A DNA stretch of 64,000 nt from a virus: IMG/VR virus record IMGVR_UViG_3300017917_003565, positions 48,192-112,191 of that record; one strand, written 5' to 3'. Numbering within the stretch: position 1 is the first letter of the stretch; every line of letters starts with the position of its first letter. The position numbers and the translations under genes were made by a program. This document shows positions 50,035 through 59,499 of the stretch, one piece after another. A model generated the notes under the pieces. That model did no database searches and was not told where the DNA came from. It saw only the letters and a list, made by a program, of their open reading frames with translations.

Positions 50035-50715
50035 TTATTCAGTAACAAATTCTTTCACCATTGGAAAGATCTTGGCAATAACTTCTGCACAGAGTCTAGC
50101 TATGTCTCTGTGCTCTTTCTGCGTACCATTGCCAGACCGCAGTTCTATGAAATGCACCCAACTTCTAAGAGTACCGTTCATGTATATCCTACTGGACGTG
50201 ATACCTTCAGGCAACACTGCACGAGCTTGTTCTTTGGCTATGCCACGTGTCACTGCCCATTTGTAGGTGTTCCTGGCCAACTCGATCACTTCTCTTTGTT
50301 TGGCCCGCCATTCATCTTGCAGTATGGCATGCCCTAGAGTGGAGTCCAGTTCCACACTGTTTTGTCGATTATGGGGATCTTGTAATCTAGCTTCTCTAAT
50401 CACAAACTCCAGATCTTTCACAGGATCTGCATAGCGTTGGCTGAACTCTTGGAAACTGAAACTGCGATGACGCAAGATCTGTCGGGCGATGTCTCGTGTG
50501 GTTTCTATTTCCACACAAGCTGACACCATCTCCAAGGGTGACCAGTGCTGGTGTTTGACCAAGTACCGGATGAGTTTTTCCGAAGTTTCGGTGTTGAACT
50601 GATTGGCAGGATTTGAAACCCTGGCACAGAATGCTATAAGTTCCTGGGCATCATCGATACCCTGGGCACTGAAATCCTCAACCGGCTGACTGTATGATAT
50701 CAGTTTGACTTTCAT
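50035..50715 (-). CDS. thyX: flavin-dependent thymidylate synthase
   Basis: HWSPLE, RHRSFSFQEFSQRY, TQKEH. Confidence 0.95.
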   Translation of the reverse strand: MKVKLISYSQPVEDFSAQGIDDAQELIAFCARVSNPANQFNTETSEKLIRYLVKHQHWSPLEMVSACVEIETTRDIARQILRHRSFSFQEFSQRYADPVKDLEFVIREARLQDPHNRQNSVELDSTLGHAILQDEWRAKQREVIELARNTYKWAVTRGIAKEQARAVLPEGITSSRIYMNGTLRSWVHFIELRSGNGTQKEHRDIARLCAEVIAKIFPMVKEFVTE

Positions 50716-50718
50716 AGT

Positions 50719-50886
50719 TTACTCAGGATGTTGATCCTGTTCATTCCTGTCGGTTTCTTCTTGATTTGCTTGCCATTCTTCCAACTTGGCCTGATATGCT
50801 TCTTCTGTGAGCCCATGCCATCCAATGCATTGACCGGTAGGACTGCGCCCACAACCGCAAGAATATTTAGCACCTGTTTTGGACAT
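50719..50886 (-). CDS. small CDGSH-like Fe-S/Zn-binding protein (not in ORF track)
   Basis: CGCGRSPTGQCIGWH; SD GAGGAG. Confidence 0.55.
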   Translation of the reverse strand: MSKTGAKYSCGCGRSPTGQCIGWHGLTEEAYQAKLEEWQANQEETDRNEQDQHPE

Positions 50887-51380
50887 CATTCTGCTTGCTC
50901 CTCAAAATCTACCATGTTGCCGGCGTCGTCTGCACAGACCAATCTCACACGGTTTCCTGCTTGATCCAAGATTTCAATAGGACCCCAGATCCACATCTGT
51001 GTGTCATTAGAAATCCAATCTTCTTCTTCCAGGGCATAAAATCCTTCTTCATCTACCAGCTCTTCTAGCCGCTCACGTTCATCGTCGTCCATGTCCTCGG
51101 GCCAGTCTACTTCTTCCCAACAGCCGTCCCAGGTTTCTATGAGTTCAACGTCTTCGATGTTAGGACCTGGGCAGTTATACATGTCCACACTGTCTAAGTT
51201 ACCATCTCCGCCGGGCACATAATCAAACTCAAACTCAGGAGGATTGTCATCGCTAGTGGTGACTAACCATGACCCCGCACGCCATCCGGTACGGCGTACA
51301 ATCACAAGATCATCCTTGCTGAAATGTTCATGTTCTTCGATGCTCTTTTTATAGTAAGTCTTGACCGTAAACTGTGCCAT
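50886..51380 (-). CDS. acidic hypothetical protein
   Basis: ORF with SD; D/E/W-rich. Confidence 0.65.
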   Translation of the reverse strand: MAQFTVKTYYKKSIEEHEHFSKDDLVIVRRTGWRAGSWLVTTSDDNPPEFEFDYVPGGDGNLDSVDMYNCPGPNIEDVELIETWDGCWEEVDWPEDMDDDERERLEELVDEEGFYALEEEDWISNDTQMWIWGPIEILDQAGNRVRLVCADDAGNMVDFEEQAE

Positions 51381-51381
51381 G

Positions 51382-52581
51382 TTATTGTTTATCCTTTTCA
51401 AAATCAAAGTTTTTCAATATCTTGTCTAGCTCTGCTATAGGATTCCAATCTGCAGGTGTAGCAGGCTGACAATATTTCTTACGATTAGACAACCCCTTCT
51501 TGCTTTCTGCACTGTAATCCAGCCAGTCAATCTTTTTGCTGTCGCATTCTGGGCAGTGATGATCATAGGTATCATCATCGCACCGCATAGAATCCTGCAT
51601 GCCTACCCATCCACAAGTTTTGCATCTTGCATCGGGTGGTTCAGGTGGTTGGTTAGCCCAGTCTGAGGTATCCCAGTTGTACCCTTGCCAAGTCACGATA
51701 CCTTCGTGATCCTTGGCACGAAACACGCCATATTCAAAGTCTCCAAAGTTATTGCCATCCCAGTACAGACTACCATAGGTTGACCCATAACCATAGTTGC
51801 AACTATACCAGCCTGGATGTACAGGTCTATGTTGTTGATAGTCAATCTTGGGGCTAGATTCCCAATCGCGAGGGCTCGGTCCAAAGGACGGTTCTCCCCA
51901 GTCCTTTTCGCCAGGTTCGTAGCGTTCCCAGTTGCCTTCATCATCAGTGAGTCGGACCATGTCCATGTCCGAACTTTTACCATCGGTGCTGCCGCCCCAG
52001 TTTTCAATCTCTTCACCATCATAGTACACACGATTTACTAATTCTTCACCATCTATTTCGTCATAGTGTAGTTCCAGTAACTCGATGTTGAATGGAGCTT
52101 GAAGCTCAATCTTGCCTTCAAAAAATGTGCCTTTTTCATTAGAGCTACCGATAAAAACCACTTCTCCTTTTTTCTTTGATCCAACCCAGACTTCATCTTG
52201 GCAAGACCAGGCTGGGCTGTCGTCGCACCCATCACAATCATCTAGGCTTTTTTGAAACACAGTGGCGCCATTTTCGTCTTCGATTTGTAAGGTTCCGGCA
52301 CTCCTGCTCACCCCGTTGGTATGAGCCATGTCGTCGCATTCATACCACGAGCCCGGCGGAAATGGCAACAGATCCTCGTCAAGCCCTATTTTTTCTGCGG
52401 CATCCGAATCCCAGGCCAGATCCATCAAGTTGACTTGATGTTTCATACAGTAGTCCCAGACCTCGGGTCGCACAGTGCCCATGACTTTTTCACCTCCATA
52501 TCCCCACAGGCTGATACTGTAGGTTCTAGGGGTGAATCTTAAAGTTTCGATCAGTTGTTGCTTTTCTTCTTTGGTAGCCAT
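51382..52581 (-). CDS. acidic hypothetical protein with C-terminal zinc ribbon
   Basis: GYGGE, EKGTFF; CKTC...CPEC. Confidence 0.65.
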   Translation of the reverse strand: MATKEEKQQLIETLRFTPRTYSISLWGYGGEKVMGTVRPEVWDYCMKHQVNLMDLAWDSDAAEKIGLDEDLLPFPPGSWYECDDMAHTNGVSRSAGTLQIEDENGATVFQKSLDDCDGCDDSPAWSCQDEVWVGSKKKGEVVFIGSSNEKGTFFEGKIELQAPFNIELLELHYDEIDGEELVNRVYYDGEEIENWGGSTDGKSSDMDMVRLTDDEGNWERYEPGEKDWGEPSFGPSPRDWESSPKIDYQQHRPVHPGWYSCNYGYGSTYGSLYWDGNNFGDFEYGVFRAKDHEGIVTWQGYNWDTSDWANQPPEPPDARCKTCGWVGMQDSMRCDDDTYDHHCPECDSKKIDWLDYSAESKKGLSNRKKYCQPATPADWNPIAELDKILKNFDFEKDKQ

Positions 52582-52780
52582 GATATTCCTATTGTGTCGC
52601 AAATTGACGTAGACGTTTCAAGACCTTAGCAATACGCCATTTGACATAGGCGATCCATTCTTTGGGATGTATCATTTTATTTCTCCATTCATATAATCAA
52701 ATATTTTGATCACAATAAAAATCAATAACAAAGCCACAGCCATGGTGACCACAGCTTCTATCAACCATGATTCTACAAAA

Positions 52781-53062
52781 TCAAACACAGTGGTTGCCCC
52801 ATGTTTGTTCTTGTTCGTTCCAGTGCCTTATATCATATAGTCGAACACCGATGCCATATCCTAGCACGCCTATAACGATCTCTAATCCAGCGTGATCTTG
52901 CTGGCGACACAGTTCAAATTCTGCGTCTACCAATGCATCACTGTAGTAGGTGTGTTCTATTTCCCAGGCCAGATTCTTGGAAAGTTTACCATGCAATGAT
53001 CCTAGGTTACGAAAAAACTCTCGTTTCCAAGGTGTGTCGACGTGCAATCTAAAACTAATCAT
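52781..53062 (-). CDS. hypothetical protein
   Basis: QDHAG...YDIRHW motif; ATG 53062. Confidence 0.55.
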   Translation of the reverse strand: MISFRLHVDTPWKREFFRNLGSLHGKLSKNLAWEIEHTYYSDALVDAEFELCRQQDHAGLEIVIGVLGYGIGVRLYDIRHWNEQEQTWGNHCV

Positions 53063-53189
53063 TAAACCTTCTTTGCTTCGGAGTAGACACCCAGTGTAAA
53101 AAACATAGTGGCTATAGCTAACGCCGGGCCGTGGCCCGAAACTACTCCTTCTAATACTGCGATGATTGCCAAAACCCAAATCATCAATC

Positions 53190-54554
53190 TCATAGTTTTT
53201 CTCCCGCTTCAAATCCACGGAAACGAACAAATCTTGGAAATCTTAGGCTATAAGATCCGTCTTGATTTTGGGTGACTGCATCGGCCTGAATTTCGATCGT
53301 GTGACCCAATAAGCTATGCCTACTAGCCCAATATTGATCGCGATCAAGATCACTAAACCCACTACCAACGTTGACTCGAATCCTGCGGTCATTGTCTTCT
53401 CCTTCACAGATTATAGCACCCAGGCGATTTAGATTGCGACCTGTGCCTTCCTCGAATCCCACGATATTTAGGTCCACAGTGATGGTGGGTTTCCATTTCA
53501 TCCAAAAACTGCTACGTCGGCACTCGTAAGGTGCGCCCACGTCCTTGATCATGATGCCTTCGTAACCTTCTTTCACAGCATCCTGAGCAAAACGAGTCAT
53601 GATATCTTGACCTTCTGCGGTGTCAAGATCCACATCCATGCCCGGCATCACACGTAGATTGGGTTGTGTTTCGATTTCTTCCTTGTTGATATCTAGGATC
53701 AAGGTACGCTTGTGTTGTTGGGAATTCCAATACCCACGTTCGAAGTCTACCAAAGGAATCACATCAAAAATGTAGTAGGTCATGTCTTTGGTTTGCACAT
53801 CGCTCTTGCGTTGTGCCTGTTTCATCAGGGCCTGGAAACTTTTTCCCACGATCTCACCATCCAGGATAAAAGGTCCTCGAGTGTCAGAACTAAGTCTACC
53901 TTTGATATTGCGTATCTGCTCTTCAATGGCAGGAAAGTTTTCAAAGATCTTGCCGTTGCGACTGTACAAGGTCACACGATTCTTGGTACACAAGGCCAGC
54001 ACACGCACACCATCCAACTTGCACTCTATACGTTTGATCCCTTTCATCTTGCTAGGATGATCGTTGGAGTCTGTAGCTAACTGACAAGTGAATACAGGTA
54101 TCTTCCACTCAGTCTTGCCCAGAACCTTGTTCAAAGTCTTGTCACTGATACCACAGCGCAGGTCCTTGATAATGACTCTGCGGCACAAACCATTCCACTC
54201 TTCTGAGTCAAACAATTCTGACATTTGTTCAATGTGGCGTTTGGCTTCATGACCAGTTAGGCTACGAGTTCTCAATCCTTCGAGCATGGCCCAGAATCTA
54301 GGCCAGGGATTAGGAGCATTAGTAATACCTTCTGTTTCAGGAACTTGTTTGACACCAAACACATGGAAAGGATTGTAGGCCTCGTAGCAGTTAAACAAGA
54401 AACACTGGGCGTTGGCACTGCCCAACTTTGCAGCCATCAAGGCCTTTTCTATGACCTTTTCTTTGTGCAGCCTGCTGTCGGAACTTTCAAGGTCACGGAT
54501 CCAATCTGCGGCCAATTTTAATCCTTCGAACTTGACATCTTGTGTGTCTAACAT
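53190..54554 (-). CDS. ATP-dependent DNA ligase
   Basis: KLDGVR, LDGEI, FDVI, EGIMIK, WMKWK, SLRFPRF. Confidence 0.95.
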   Translation of the reverse strand: MLDTQDVKFEGLKLAADWIRDLESSDSRLHKEKVIEKALMAAKLGSANAQCFLFNCYEAYNPFHVFGVKQVPETEGITNAPNPWPRFWAMLEGLRTRSLTGHEAKRHIEQMSELFDSEEWNGLCRRVIIKDLRCGISDKTLNKVLGKTEWKIPVFTCQLATDSNDHPSKMKGIKRIECKLDGVRVLALCTKNRVTLYSRNGKIFENFPAIEEQIRNIKGRLSSDTRGPFILDGEIVGKSFQALMKQAQRKSDVQTKDMTYYIFDVIPLVDFERGYWNSQQHKRTLILDINKEEIETQPNLRVMPGMDVDLDTAEGQDIMTRFAQDAVKEGYEGIMIKDVGAPYECRRSSFWMKWKPTITVDLNIVGFEEGTGRNLNRLGAIICEGEDNDRRIRVNVGSGFSDLDRDQYWASRHSLLGHTIEIQADAVTQNQDGSYSLRFPRFVRFRGFEAGEKL

Positions 54555-54592
54555 TATTTACTAGCTCCCAGAGTACGATTATGTTAGATGTT

Positions 54593-55321
54593 TTAGTTCA
54601 CAGTGTATTGACCGATCACTGCACCAGGTTTTTTCAAGGCTTCGGCACGTCGTGCTTTGTATTCCTCGTTGTCAACCTGGACCAAGCCCATGGTAGTCTG
54701 AGTACCATCAGGATTGATCACACTGATTTTGTCGGACTTTTTGTCAGCGGGTTCAACAGTGGGTGCCTGCTTGGTTTCATTGGTGATGTTGTCTAGTTCT
54801 TTGAACGCACCAGGAGCTCGGGCAGCCGCATCTTTGGCTGACTTCAGCACATTCTTGTCACCAATAGGTAGGGTAACCAACACATAGGTGCGGATGCGAT
54901 TGCCTTCGCTGACATGTTTCATCTCCACCGTTTCTACACCAGTGATGTCCACATCTGGGCACATGCTACGCAAAGCCATTTCACTTTGATCCGTACTGGC
55001 ATCACCGTTGTCACTTCTAAAAATCTTGACTTGGCTACGCACCTTGCCGCCGGCTGCTGTACAAATCTTGGCATAGGCGATGCTCTTAGCCTTGATATCA
55101 GCAAAACCAAAATCTCCACTGGTCGCGGTACCATTTTCAAAAATATATCCAGGAGCCTTGGGTAGCTTGCTCATCCAGGCTGGCGCCTGTTCGACCGCAG
55201 AGTTCATCTGGGCCGTTTGTAACTTGCTCTGGCTACTGTACTGAGCACTGTAATCCGGGCCTTTGGTGCCACAGGCGCTGAGTACTCCGGTTGCCACTAA
55301 TGCTAATGCTAGTTTCTTCAT
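54593..55321 (-). CDS. lipoprotein (LPP20-like)
   Basis: lipobox LSAC; APAWM; promoter TTGACA-N17-TAAACT at 55354-55382. Confidence 0.7.
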   Translation of the reverse strand: MKKLALALVATGVLSACGTKGPDYSAQYSSQSKLQTAQMNSAVEQAPAWMSKLPKAPGYIFENGTATSGDFGFADIKAKSIAYAKICTAAGGKVRSQVKIFRSDNGDASTDQSEMALRSMCPDVDITGVETVEMKHVSEGNRIRTYVLVTLPIGDKNVLKSAKDAAARAPGAFKELDNITNETKQAPTVEPADKKSDKISVINPDGTQTTMGLVQVDNEEYKARRAEALKKPGAVIGQYTVN

Positions 55322-55368
55322 TTTGATACCTCTTTCAAGTATGTAACTGTCACAGTTTAACACAAGTT

Positions 55369-55932
55369 TTACCATTTGTCAACCACCTTCCAATCTGGAC
55401 CGTGAGAACGACAGATAACGCCTTGCCGTTGCACCAGATCTCCACTGCGGATTTCGGGCTCGATAAACCAACGACATTGGGTGCCGCGGTAGTTGAACTG
55501 TCGAGGAAAGTTTGGGTGTGGTCTTACTTCGCTTTCCCGTATCTGATCTCCGATGCGCACTCTGCGCACTTGTATTTCAGGCTGATCGGTACAGACCATG
55601 TTCTGCTCTACCACCATGCGACCACCATCTGCACGACTCAAACTTTGGGCACGACCTTGATCCACAGCACCACGGCAAAGATCTCGTTCGCTAAGACTGC
55701 GTGGACCAATGTTTTCTCCTTCGGCTGTGATCCAGGCGCCATTTACCTGTGCTCGAAATGAAACAATACATTTGTTCTGTGTAGGGCTGATTGGCACCAC
55801 CAAAGGTTCTACATCAGCCACGCTGGTAATACTGATCGCGGTCTGATTGGACATGGCTGATCGCACATAGCAATCGGCCTGTGCTGTGGTGGATAGGCCC
55901 AAGGCTAGGATCAGCGTTGTAGTGCGGAACAT
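55369..55932 (-). CDS. secreted Cys-containing hypothetical protein
   Basis: signal peptide ending AQA-DC; six Cys. Confidence 0.65.
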   Translation of the reverse strand: MFRTTTLILALGLSTTAQADCYVRSAMSNQTAISITSVADVEPLVVPISPTQNKCIVSFRAQVNGAWITAEGENIGPRSLSERDLCRGAVDQGRAQSLSRADGGRMVVEQNMVCTDQPEIQVRRVRIGDQIRESEVRPHPNFPRQFNYRGTQCRWFIEPEIRSGDLVQRQGVICRSHGPDWKVVDKW

Positions 55933-56177
55933 GATGCTCTCAATGACCAAATGTTATTTTTCAACCGAGTGTAATATCTGCGATCTTCTGTGGTGATAGG
56001 GCGTGATTGGAAATATCGATGATAGGTATCAATCTGCTGTTGCAAAAACTCCACCTGAGATTTGGCTTGCCTGCAATCGGCTTTGAAGCCTGACATAGCC
56101 GAACGATCAAACTCCTGCGTGGGTTGAGTGGCACAACCGACCAATAATAACACCGCAGAAATCATGACCTTTTTCAT
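55911..56177 (-). CDS. small lipoprotein
   Basis: lipobox LVGC. Confidence 0.65.
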   Translation of the reverse strand: MKKVMISAVLLLVGCATQPTQEFDRSAMSGFKADCRQAKSQVEFLQQQIDTYHRYFQSRPITTEDRRYYTRLKNNIWSLRASCSALQR

Positions 56178-56188
56178 TGTTGGCATAG

Positions 56189-56599
56189 TTACCATGAAGA
56201 GTTGTAGAAAACTTTGAGCCCCAGAAACAGTTCAGCCCTAGCATTCTTGATGAACTCCAGATCGTCATTGTAGTATTCTGCATCAGCTGGGTTACCAAAG
56301 AAAAATCCCGAAGTCTCAGGCAGTTCGCCGTTGATCACATCATATTCCAGTCGCTCTAGCATGTCATAAGTGATCTCTAACTCATCACCGTTGAAACTTC
56401 CTGAGTTGCCGGCACTCTCCCACTCGGCCTTGAACCAGCCGTGTAGTCCAGGGTGCTTGCGCCAGTAGGCGATCTCTCGAGGACGGCTCACAGTCCGGCT
56501 GACAAATTCATTGGTGCCTTCGGCCGCTTCGGCCGTTTCCCAGAACTCATCATACTGGCCGGCACGGCTGGCCACGTATGCGTACATGTCTAATCCCAT
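56189..56599 (-). CDS. conserved phage hypothetical protein
   Basis: MGLDMY, YWRKH..LHGWF, GFFFG, YNSSW. Confidence 0.7.
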   Translation of the reverse strand: MGLDMYAYVASRAGQYDEFWETAEAAEGTNEFVSRTVSRPREIAYWRKHPGLHGWFKAEWESAGNSGSFNGDELEITYDMLERLEYDVINGELPETSGFFFGNPADAEYYNDDLEFIKNARAELFLGLKVFYNSSW

Positions 56600-56934
56600 T
56601 ACACTATCCTCGCTGGTTCTGTTGCTCGATCTGAATAAAAACGGTGTCCAATCCGCCGTACAGTATCAGCCATATTCTGCGGGTTAGCTTCAAATGCTGC
56701 TATGATGTCATTTACTGTAATACCTTCTTCCACAGAGACAAGGTAAATCTCATAGTGTCGTTGCATATTGGCCTGTGCTCTGAGCCGCCAATGTAAGAGA
56801 TTAGGCGGTGCAGGCAACTTTGACACATCTTCGCCTTTCAACATGGCCCACATGCGTTGCTGATCAATGTCGGTAACGTTGACAGCGGCTTCTAGGCCGT
56901 TGCAATCCCACATCAATGCTATAGTGTCGCTCAT
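56599..56934 (-). CDS. hypothetical protein
   Basis: WDCNGLE...LRAQAN.QRHYEIY. Confidence 0.6.
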   Translation of the reverse strand: MSDTIALMWDCNGLEAAVNVTDIDQQRMWAMLKGEDVSKLPAPPNLLHWRLRAQANMQRHYEIYLVSVEEGITVNDIIAAFEANPQNMADTVRRIGHRFYSDRATEPARIV

Positions 56935-56935
56935 G

Positions 56936-57118
56936 CTATGTCCTATGTCCTTCTTTTCTAAACTGCTGTCTCAAAAACCATTTGTGGCGGCGGAAATATT
57001 CTGGTAAATCATATTCCAATGAAATATTATGTAACAACAGTTCGTCTCTGTGCTGGAACCAACGATCTTGGCACCACACTCGGAATCTGCCGGGCATCTT
57101 TATTTGGTCTTTATCCAT
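56936..57118 (-). CDS. small hypothetical protein
   Basis: FRVWC...EYFRRHKWFL. Confidence 0.5.
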   Translation of the reverse strand: MDKDQIKMPGRFRVWCQDRWFQHRDELLLHNISLEYDLPEYFRRHKWFLRQQFRKEGHRT

Positions 57119-57438
57119 TCTATAACCTGTTGTGCTTCTGGAAATCCCTGTTGCTCTTTGGCACGAACCACAGCTTCAATCATCTCCCATTGTGTTTCGT
57201 GCAAGCCATTTACAAAGGTCATGATCTGGTCACGAGTCAAGGTCATCCGGATGCTGTCAATCACGTATTTTTTACGACGTGCGCGATCTTGATTAGAATC
57301 AGTTGGTTCCATTTCTTCTCTCCTGTTCCAAGGCTTCAAGCAAGGCTTGGATAAACATCTGGCTTTGTTGCATCCAGATGGGACTGTTTATGATAGTATA
57401 ACCATGATCCATGGCTATGTCACGAATGTCCTGCTCAG

Positions 57439-57828
57439 TCAAACTGTTGCTCCATAGTGTTCTGCATCTGCGTTGGCCGATGCCTCGGCATAGCACATTG
57501 GATCGCTGTAACGATCGTTGAGTTCGGCATACTCGATCACGGGTTCCTTGAAAGTGATAGAGCCTTCATAGTCCAGTTGTGATTTTTCAAACCAACTAAG
57601 ATAGTCATCAGACTCCACACTCCATCCGATAATCTGTGTTTGAAAGTATGGATCGTTTCGTTCAATGTCTCCGCGGACCATTTCCACGATTTCAGCAAGG
57701 TCCACACCAGAAGGAATGCCAGTGATTTTGAACTCTGAACCGCCCTTGGCCTTCCAATAAAACTCACCGGTGAAACCCTGATGAGCAGCATAGTTTTCGT
57801 GGTCTTGGGTGGAAATAACTAGCATCAT
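57439..57828 (-). CDS. early hypothetical protein
   Basis: TQDHENY...YWKAKGG; SD AAGGAG. Confidence 0.65.
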   Translation of the reverse strand: MMLVISTQDHENYAAHQGFTGEFYWKAKGGSEFKITGIPSGVDLAEIVEMVRGDIERNDPYFQTQIIGWSVESDDYLSWFEKSQLDYEGSITFKEPVIEYAELNDRYSDPMCYAEASANADAEHYGATV

Positions 57829-57860
57829 ATCCTTCGCTCCTTTTTAGTTTCTATACACAT

Positions 57861-57889
57861 ATTATAGCAAAAAAGGATTTTTTGGTCAA
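57861..57889 (-). promoter_or_regulatory. sigma70-type early promoter with extended -10
   Basis: TTGACC-N17-TATAAT. Confidence 0.8.
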
Positions 57890-58152
57890 TCCCAGGACTT
57901 TTTGTCGCCATACTGCTCATTGTAATCGTAGCCGGCCATGTATTCGGCGATTTCGGCCTCATTGAGATCAGTGACCTTTTCACCGTGGCCGGTGCCTTGG
58001 GTCCACCAGTGCGGATCACGGGGACGGCCGTAATACGAGTCGGCACTACCGCGGTCAAATAAACCACCATGCAGTTTTCGATCAAACTGTGGACCACGCA
58101 AGGCCTGGATGACTAGTTCTTGTTCTTGTTCAGTAAGAATATGGAAATACAT
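57886..58152 (-). CDS. hypothetical protein
   Basis: HGGLFDRGSADSYYGR...YMAGY. Confidence 0.65.
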   Translation of the reverse strand: MYFHILTEQEQELVIQALRGPQFDRKLHGGLFDRGSADSYYGRPRDPHWWTQGTGHGEKVTDLNEAEIAEYMAGYDYNEQYGDKKSWD

Positions 58153-58172
58153 ATTGGCTCCTTGTGTCATGT

Positions 58173-58634
58173 TTAACTCCCGGTGTGTAGTCGTAAATGC
58201 CCAGGTTTATCCGCAATGGGTGTGAACGCCTCGATGAAGCAGTGATGACCATCTCCCGAGGCTCGAATGGCAGCATCTGCGGCACGATAGAGGCTGAGCC
58301 AATCATGGCCTTCGATCCGACGCACCACTTCGCCACCGTTGCCCCAGTGTTCATCGTACACCACATACTCAGCATCTCCGTAGTCGTGTAGTTGGGTCAT
58401 GCTTTCCACTTGGTACAGGCTCCAGATGCTTTTCAAGCCGTGGTGCTCCTGCCAGTGTCGATATTGGGCATGCTTTTGATCAAAGGCCTGATTGTCCTGC
58501 TCGTAGGCGCCCTTGAGGGCGGCCCGGATGCGTTCGGCGCCCACCTTGCCGTCGAGACCCCGGTACTCCAGGTCCCACAGGGTGTTGTGTATGACCTTAA
58601 ACTCTTCTGCGGTTAAAGTTGGATTACAGTTCAT
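58173..58634 (-). CDS. hypothetical protein
   Basis: W..LY.AAD.AIR.SGD.HH.FIE motif; SD GGAG. Confidence 0.65.
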   Translation of the reverse strand: MNCNPTLTAEEFKVIHNTLWDLEYRGLDGKVGAERIRAALKGAYEQDNQAFDQKHAQYRHWQEHHGLKSIWSLYQVESMTQLHDYGDAEYVVYDEHWGNGGEVVRRIEGHDWLSLYRAADAAIRASGDGHHCFIEAFTPIADKPGHLRLHTGS

Positions 58635-58647
58635 TGACGTCTCCTAT

Positions 58648-58893
58648 CTATTTTACAGACCACTGTTCACTTCGTTCCGGCACATATTCACCAAACTCGT
58701 TGCCAAGATAATGCACCGCGAGCTTGTTTTCGATCATGGCCGAAAGATCACCATAGCCGTGCTCGAGATAAAACTGTATTGGGCATCTGCGCCAGGAACG
58801 GCATTGAAGAAACTCCAAGTAATATCGTCTATGCTCAGAAGATGCAGCATCGAAGTAGACAGTGGGCCTGGCCTTGATATCAAGGATGCTCAC
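58648..58893 (-). CDS. hypothetical protein
   Basis: GTG start overlapping upstream stop; RP...FD....HR. Confidence 0.55.
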   Translation of the reverse strand: MSILDIKARPTVYFDAASSEHRRYYLEFLQCRSWRRCPIQFYLEHGYGDLSAMIENKLAVHYLGNEFGEYVPERSEQWSVK

Positions 58894-59066
58894 CCTACCA
58901 CCTGCGATGCCCCAATGCCACAAGCGGCAAAGAATCGTTGCTCATCAAATTTTGAGTTGGCTACTTTGCAGGCACTTGCCACTGCTACTGCAGCCTGGAG
59001 ACGAGCATGGGAATCCATGATCGAGTTGATGTACATGGCGAGTAGTTCAAAGTGTTTCTTAGACAT
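58890..59066 (-). CDS. early hypothetical protein (not in ORF track)
   Basis: MSKKHF...FDEQRFFAAC; SD AGGAG; first gene after a promoter. Confidence 0.6.
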   Translation of the reverse strand: MSKKHFELLAMYINSIMDSHARLQAAVAVASACKVANSKFDEQRFFAACGIGASQVVG

Positions 59067-59096
59067 ACTGTGGCTCCTATCATTTACTATATCTAT

Positions 59097-59149
59097 ATTA
59101 TAGCAAATAAGCCATTTTGGGTCAACCGCAGGTTAGTACGCACTAACCA
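59097..59149 (-). promoter_or_regulatory. sigma70-type early promoter with upstream palindrome
   Basis: TTGACC-N17-TATAAT (59125-59097); GGTTAGT-ACGC-ACTAACC at 59131-59148. Confidence 0.75.
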
Positions 59150-59150
59150 T

Positions 59151-59178
59151 AAAAAAACCCTACACATAGTAGGGTTTT
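59151..59178. terminator. intrinsic terminator
   Basis: AAAACCCTAC/GTAGGGTTTT stem with A/T runs. Confidence 0.65.
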
Positions 59179-59196
59179 CCCGACAAAAACTGACTA

Positions 59197-59394
59197 TTAT
59201 TTCTTGGCGTCTTTCTTTTCGTCTTTTTTCGCTTCTGCTGGTTTAGCGGCAGCTGGTTTGGCTTCCTCTTTTTTAGCAGGAGCAGCAGCAGCTGGTTTGG
59301 CTTCTGCTTTTTTCTCGTCTTTCTTGGCAGGAGCCTGAGCGAAAGCGGTCACGGTAAACAAAGATGCTACTACGGCTAATACTGCTGATTTCAT
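59197..59394 (-). CDS. secreted Pro/Ala/Lys-rich low-complexity protein
   Basis: signal peptide ending AFA; AKP/KKDEKK repeats. Confidence 0.7.
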   Translation of the reverse strand: MKSAVLAVVASLFTVTAFAQAPAKKDEKKAEAKPAAAAPAKKEEAKPAAAKPAEAKKDEKKDAKK

Positions 59395-59499
59395 GTTATT
59401 TCCTTTCGAAATGAAATTCACACCTTTCTGGGCGTGGAATGTTTAACGCCTCAGTCAGTGTAGTTTGGGTTTTTGAATCACTGCTAGATCACAGATTGG

